Assembly (NCBI GenBank): GCA_964362195.1 | Contig: CAYICZ010000002.1 | Location: 63-64,062, forward strand | From: an uncultured Gammaproteobacteria bacterium | GTDB lineage: Bacteria; Patescibacteriota; Microgenomatia; Daviesbacterales; UBA10151 | Length of the DNA stretch: 64,000 bases | Direction of reading: 5' to 3' | Program-made: the position numbers and the translations under genes | The notes under the pieces: model-generated | Told to the model about the DNA's origin: nothing | Databases searched by the model: none | What the model saw: only the letters and a program-made list of their open reading frames with translations | Shown here: piece by piece, positions 60,283-64,000 of the stretch | Numbering within the stretch: position 1 is the first letter of the stretch | Layout: the number at the start of each line of letters is the position of its first letter

Positions 60283-60519
60283 GACAGGATTTTACCTCAA
60301 TGGATATTAAAATGCACTTAAAAGCGGAAGTAAAGAAAACAAAATTATGGATATCCCGGCAATTCCTGCCAGTATTATCCAGACTATCTTAAACTTCTTT
60401 GAATACATCATATTTTATTAATATAACATATCTTGGTATAATCTCACTATGACAAACGAAATTAAAAAAGTTAGCGGAGTTGCAGTAGAGCTTGCTTTTG
60501 AAGAAGTAGCTCAAATTGC

Positions 60520-60852
60520 TTGGAAAGAAGTGAGCCGAAAGAAGATGTTCTTTTAACCAGAAGATTGGTTGATTATTTTTATGAAAATTTGGGTAAATTT
60601 ATGGGTGCTTCTACCATTTTAGGTATTGGAGTAATGGGTTACGGTGCCTGGAATGTTGCAAGGGGTTTGGGTAACAGCTCATTTCCCGGACTTGTTTCAG
60701 ATGTAGCAGTAGTTGGTTCATCATTAATAGCAGGTGCATGGTTGGGTTTTATGGGAGGTTTAGCTGGAGGTGTTGGTATTGCGCTTTTATCAGATAAAGT
60801 TGGGAGTTTAGAAGGAAATATCAGAAAAAGGTTCGCAAGAAATATTATTTAG
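60520..60852 (+). CDS. hypothetical Gly-rich membrane protein
   Basis: 110 aa with 2-3 TM helices; start uncertain (a TGgTATAAT -10 element lies at 60434). Confidence 0.35.
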   Translation: MERSEPKEDVLLTRRLVDYFYENLGKFMGASTILGIGVMGYGAWNVARGLGNSSFPGLVSDVAVVGSSLIAGAWLGFMGGLAGGVGIALLSDKVGSLEGNIRKRFARNII

Positions 60853-61939
60853 AAGTTAATCTTTCAATTTCTTCCAAAGCCTCTTTTCTTTTTGGATCTT
60901 CAAAATAAATTCTGGCTGGCTCCAGTTTTCTAATTAACCATTCGGCCACAGCTGCTTTTAAATCTTGTGGATGTAAAGTTTTATCCGCATAATCCTTTTC
61001 CAGCTCTTCATAAGAGTTATATGTTTTATCCCCTCCCCATTTCTCATCTCTTTTGATTTGCAAGGCTGGTCCTTGCGAGGCTAAAATTAAGTGTTTAACC
61101 CAATCAAGGATTGGGTTGTACTCTACTTCCCCCTCCGGGGCAAAAGCATTATTGACTTTTCTCTTTATTTCTTCAGGCGAATCTGTAATAAAAACAGCAG
61201 AATCCGGTTTGGATTTACTCATTTTCATAGCAGTGACAGCCTCATCACGGTTATCTTTTGGTAGCGGCCAAACATCAGGTTTTAGTAATCCTTGGATCAG
61301 GTGGTGATGAATAGCCACAGGTTTTGAGAATCCTAACTTTTTAGCCGCATCTCTTGCCACAATATGGACATTTCTCTGGTCTGTTCCGGCATGGGCAATA
61401 TTAAGTTCCATTTGAAAAATATCCGCTGCCTGCATGGCCGGATAAAAAAGAGTGGCTGTTTCAGAGGAATCGCCGGACATTCTCCCCATAATATCAGTTG
61501 ACCGCATCATTCTTGAGATTGTAGTAGCTTTTGCTATCCCTACTACTTTTGGCCAGTAAGTCTTATCATAAAGTTCTGATCCTAAAACAAATTTTAAATC
61601 GTCAGGATTTCCTCCAACACAAAGATAACCTGCTTTCATGGCTTCCAGGAAATATTCCCTGGCCATTCTGGTAGCAGTTTCCAGCGTTCCATCCAGCTTT
61701 TTGTTAATCCAGGTATGCCAGTCTGCCAGAAAGATGGTAGTTTCTGCTCCGGCGTCGTGTAAGTCCTTGACCTTTTGCATGGAAGCGATGCCTTGTCCTA
61801 AATGTACTTTTCCTGAAATTTCAAAGCCAATATAGTGCTTAAGCGGAGTTCCGGAATCTATTAAAGCTTTTAATTCTTCTTCAGTTAAGACTTCTTCCAA
61901 ATTTCTGGTGATTAATTTAAATTTCTCATCTGTGCTCAT
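60845..61939 (-). CDS. tyrS: tyrosyl-tRNA synthetase, archaeal/eukaryotic type
   Basis: YIGFEISGKVHLGQ (HIGH-like) and KMSKS; C-terminal NSYEELE...LHPQDLKAAVAEWLIRKLEPAR closely parallels archaeal TyrRS; start moved to the internal MSTDEKF (61939), since the track N-terminus runs into the divergent neighbour. Confidence 0.85.
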   Translation of the reverse strand: MSTDEKFKLITRNLEEVLTEEELKALIDSGTPLKHYIGFEISGKVHLGQGIASMQKVKDLHDAGAETTIFLADWHTWINKKLDGTLETATRMAREYFLEAMKAGYLCVGGNPDDLKFVLGSELYDKTYWPKVVGIAKATTISRMMRSTDIMGRMSGDSSETATLFYPAMQAADIFQMELNIAHAGTDQRNVHIVARDAAKKLGFSKPVAIHHHLIQGLLKPDVWPLPKDNRDEAVTAMKMSKSKPDSAVFITDSPEEIKRKVNNAFAPEGEVEYNPILDWVKHLILASQGPALQIKRDEKWGGDKTYNSYEELEKDYADKTLHPQDLKAAVAEWLIRKLEPARIYFEDPKRKEALEEIERLTSK

Positions 61940-61941
61940 TA

Positions 61942-63534
61942 ATGGTAATATTACCATACCATATGGGTAAGCCATTAACAAAATTAGCAAGTGTTTTAAT
62001 TTCTTCTTTTGACAAGGAGTATTCACAAAATGATGATAAGACAATCTCGGTTAATCCAATTGCCTCAGAGCTGGCTTCCTGGTATGAAAAATTCAGGACT
62101 GCTATGGATTATAGGGAAGATGAAGTAATTTTACGCTCTGCAATTGAAAGAATCTTGAAGAGAAGGTCTTTTTTAGGAGGAGACGGACAGACTATTGCTG
62201 CTCCACTGATCCGAGAGTTGGTTTGGGCAAGGTATTTTCCTGATTCTTCTATCCCTGAGACTATTGTTTCTAAGGTTTCCCATCAAATTGATTTATATCT
62301 CAAGTTAGAATCTGAAGTTAATCAGAAACATAAGATTAATAAGGGGTTGGTTAATGAGTGGATCCTGCAGCTTTTATCCTCGGAAATAGAACATATCCTG
62401 AAGCCAAATGACCCGAAAGATCTGGTAAGTAATTTTATATTCAGAATTTTTAAAGAAAGGATAAATATTGCTGATGATAGTGAAGAAACACGGGATATCC
62501 AGACTTTTATTGCGGTAAGGAGGGCTTTTGCCAATGATGACCTGCCGTTTTTAAGATACCATCTTTTCAAGCAGTATTTCGGGCAAATGACTACTGAGAA
62601 TGTGGATAAAGTTTCCAATAATTTTGTTCAAGGAGTAAAAATAATGGAAGAGCAATTTAACTATCCTGCCAAAGATAAGATTTATTCTTATGTTAAAAAA
62701 CAAACTATTCCTTTTTTAATTCTGGATGATGTTTTTAGAAAATACCGCGGTGATATATCACAATTGGTAACAGATGAAGATAAACTAAATTCTGAAATTT
62801 TAAATGCCTGCTCCATCCGCTATAAATCTATATCAGGTAGAGTGAAAAGAGCCATCATCAGATCAGTAATTTTTATCTTTTTCACCAAAGCCCTGTTTGC
62901 TTTTTTAATTGAAGGGACTTTTGAAAGATTTTTATACGGCCAGGTTGTCTGGTCTTCGATTGTCCTAAATACCTTGACTCCTCCTGCTTTGATGATTATT
63001 GTTGGATCATTAATTAAAACCCCTGGTAGAGAAAATTCATTTAAGATTTTAAAAAAAATTAACACCATTTTATTTGATGAAAATCCAGACCTTGAAAAGT
63101 CTCTGACAGTTAAGAAAAAGCCAGGTAAGACAGATCCAATACTTTGGGGTCTTTTTATAATATTCTGGCTAACAACTTTTGTTCTATCATTTGGAGGAAT
63201 AGTATTTATGTTATCAAAGCTGAATATAAATCCGCTGTCTCAAGCTGTCTTTGTATTCTTTTTGGCAGTTGTTTCTTTTGTTTCCTACAGAATAAACAGG
63301 ACAGCCAATATGTATATCATAAAAGATAAAAAGGATAATTTAGGATCGCTACTTTTTGACTTCTTCTTTATGCCCTTTATCCAAGTTGGACAAAGATTAA
63401 CCATGGCTGTTTCGCAATTAAATATAATTTTGTTTGTGTTTGACTTTATTATTGAAACTCCATTTAAAGGCATTGTTGCCTTCCTGGAACAATGGCTTTT
63501 GTTTCTTCGCACCCAGCGGGAAAAGCTTGACTGA
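61942..63534 (+). CDS. hypothetical protein with soluble N-terminal domain and 4-5 C-terminal TM helices
   Basis: 530-aa ORF with no recognised motif; true start probably downstream of 61942 (e.g. MGKPLTK at 61963). Confidence 0.45.
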   Translation: MVILPYHMGKPLTKLASVLISSFDKEYSQNDDKTISVNPIASELASWYEKFRTAMDYREDEVILRSAIERILKRRSFLGGDGQTIAAPLIRELVWARYFPDSSIPETIVSKVSHQIDLYLKLESEVNQKHKINKGLVNEWILQLLSSEIEHILKPNDPKDLVSNFIFRIFKERINIADDSEETRDIQTFIAVRRAFANDDLPFLRYHLFKQYFGQMTTENVDKVSNNFVQGVKIMEEQFNYPAKDKIYSYVKKQTIPFLILDDVFRKYRGDISQLVTDEDKLNSEILNACSIRYKSISGRVKRAIIRSVIFIFFTKALFAFLIEGTFERFLYGQVVWSSIVLNTLTPPALMIIVGSLIKTPGRENSFKILKKINTILFDENPDLEKSLTVKKKPGKTDPILWGLFIIFWLTTFVLSFGGIVFMLSKLNINPLSQAVFVFFLAVVSFVSYRINRTANMYIIKDKKDNLGSLLFDFFFMPFIQVGQRLTMAVSQLNIILFVFDFIIETPFKGIVAFLEQWLLFLRTQREKLD

Positions 63535-63582
63535 TTTTAAGAGCTTCTTGTAAAATGATTGATTCCTTGGGACAATGTATAT

Positions 63583-64000
63583 ATGGAAGAAATTGTTTTA
63601 AAGCCGGAAATACTGGGATTTTTCCATCAGCTTCCCATAACTAATACTCTACTAACTTCCTGGCTGGTGATGGCGGTTTTAATTGGCATTAGTTTAGCCA
63701 TAAGGTTTAAGGTTAATATTTTTCCATCTCATCTGCAGTCTATATTTGAGGTGATTATTGATTTTATGTATACTACAGCAGAGCAGCTGGCCGGAGATAA
63801 AAAAGCCAGAGTATTTTTTCCATTTGTAGCTACTTTCTTTTTCTTTATTTTATTTTCTAATTTATTAGGTTTGCTTCCCGGCTTTGCCACTATTACATTT
63901 AAAGGTATGCCTTTTTTAAGAAGTATGAACTCTGATTTAAATATGACTTTAAGTCTGGCCCTTTTTTCTGCATTTCTCACTCATTTTTTTGCTCTAAAAT
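63583..64000 (+). CDS. atpB: F0F1 ATP synthase subunit a (3' partial, runs off the window)
   Basis: hand translation MEEIVLKPEILGFFHQLPITNTLLTSWLVMAVLIG...FFFILFSNLLGLLPGFATITFKG; the SNLLGL(L/I)P motif is typical of subunit a; missed by the track because there is no stop in the window. Confidence 0.7.
   Translation, partial: MEEIVLKPEILGFFHQLPITNTLLTSWLVMAVLIGISLAIRFKVNIFPSHLQSIFEVIIDFMYTTAEQLAGDKKARVFFPFVATFFFFILFSNLLGLLPGFATITFKGMPFLRSMNSDLNMTLSLALFSAFLTHFFALK

Noticed and set aside
60845-62044. Long N-terminus of tyrS as given in the track (MSYHHFVNTPCQKKK...)
   Set aside because: The first 35 residues have no TyrRS homology and overlap the divergent neighbour. The internal Met at 61939 gives a canonical archaeal-type TyrRS start.
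63729-63980. 83-aa minus-strand ORF at the window end
   Set aside because: Antisense to the clearly recognisable atpB reading frame on the plus strand.

Overview
AT-rich, gene-dense bacterial window. Genes often overlap by 1-4 bp and most are housekeeping. Gene content suggests a reduced-genome, Patescibacteria/CPR-like organism: archaeal-type TyrRS, an ACP homolog without the phosphopantetheine serine, a short HolB, an LCP protein, a large type IV pilus locus, and no fatty-acid or respiratory genes apart from a partial atpB at the 3' edge. 

Content in order:
- aminopeptidase N (5' partial), efp, galU, lgt, DksA/TraR, an orphan cytoplasmic histidine kinase plus single-domain response regulator, rluA, a CPA2 antiporter, a HicAB-like pair, a Pro-rich tandem-repeat mini-protein, an LCP protein, yebC and ruvC.
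- a roughly 11 kb surface-protein island (16.5-25.8 kb) bracketed by two tyrosine recombinases. It encodes three paralogous N-terminally anchored Cys-rich proteins with Thr/Pro linkers, one carrying a dockerin-like module, followed by two cohesin-like proteins.
- a holin-like protein and an amidase_2 pair, then a RayT/IS200-like HUH transposase flanked by hairpin repeats.
- gyrA, def, ddl, alr, murD, murI, murC, gyrB (with a 434-aa HNH intein in the EGDSAGG/SAKQGRD motif) and holB.
- a complete T4P locus: pilB, pilT, pilC, major pilin, pilD, about eight minor pilins, a 622-aa tip protein, pilM, pilN, pilO.
- trmD, a KH protein, rpsP, rnc, the acp-like gene, nusB, rpmF (missed by the ORF track), recG, tyrS, an unknown 530-aa membrane protein, and atpB (partial).

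The most unusual sequence-level signal is a family of short REP-like palindromes (cacctcgaaggtg, gcaacctcggaggttgc, ccacccccggggtgg). They flank the transposase and are also embedded in-frame inside def, holB (two copies), murC and the pepN 3' end.
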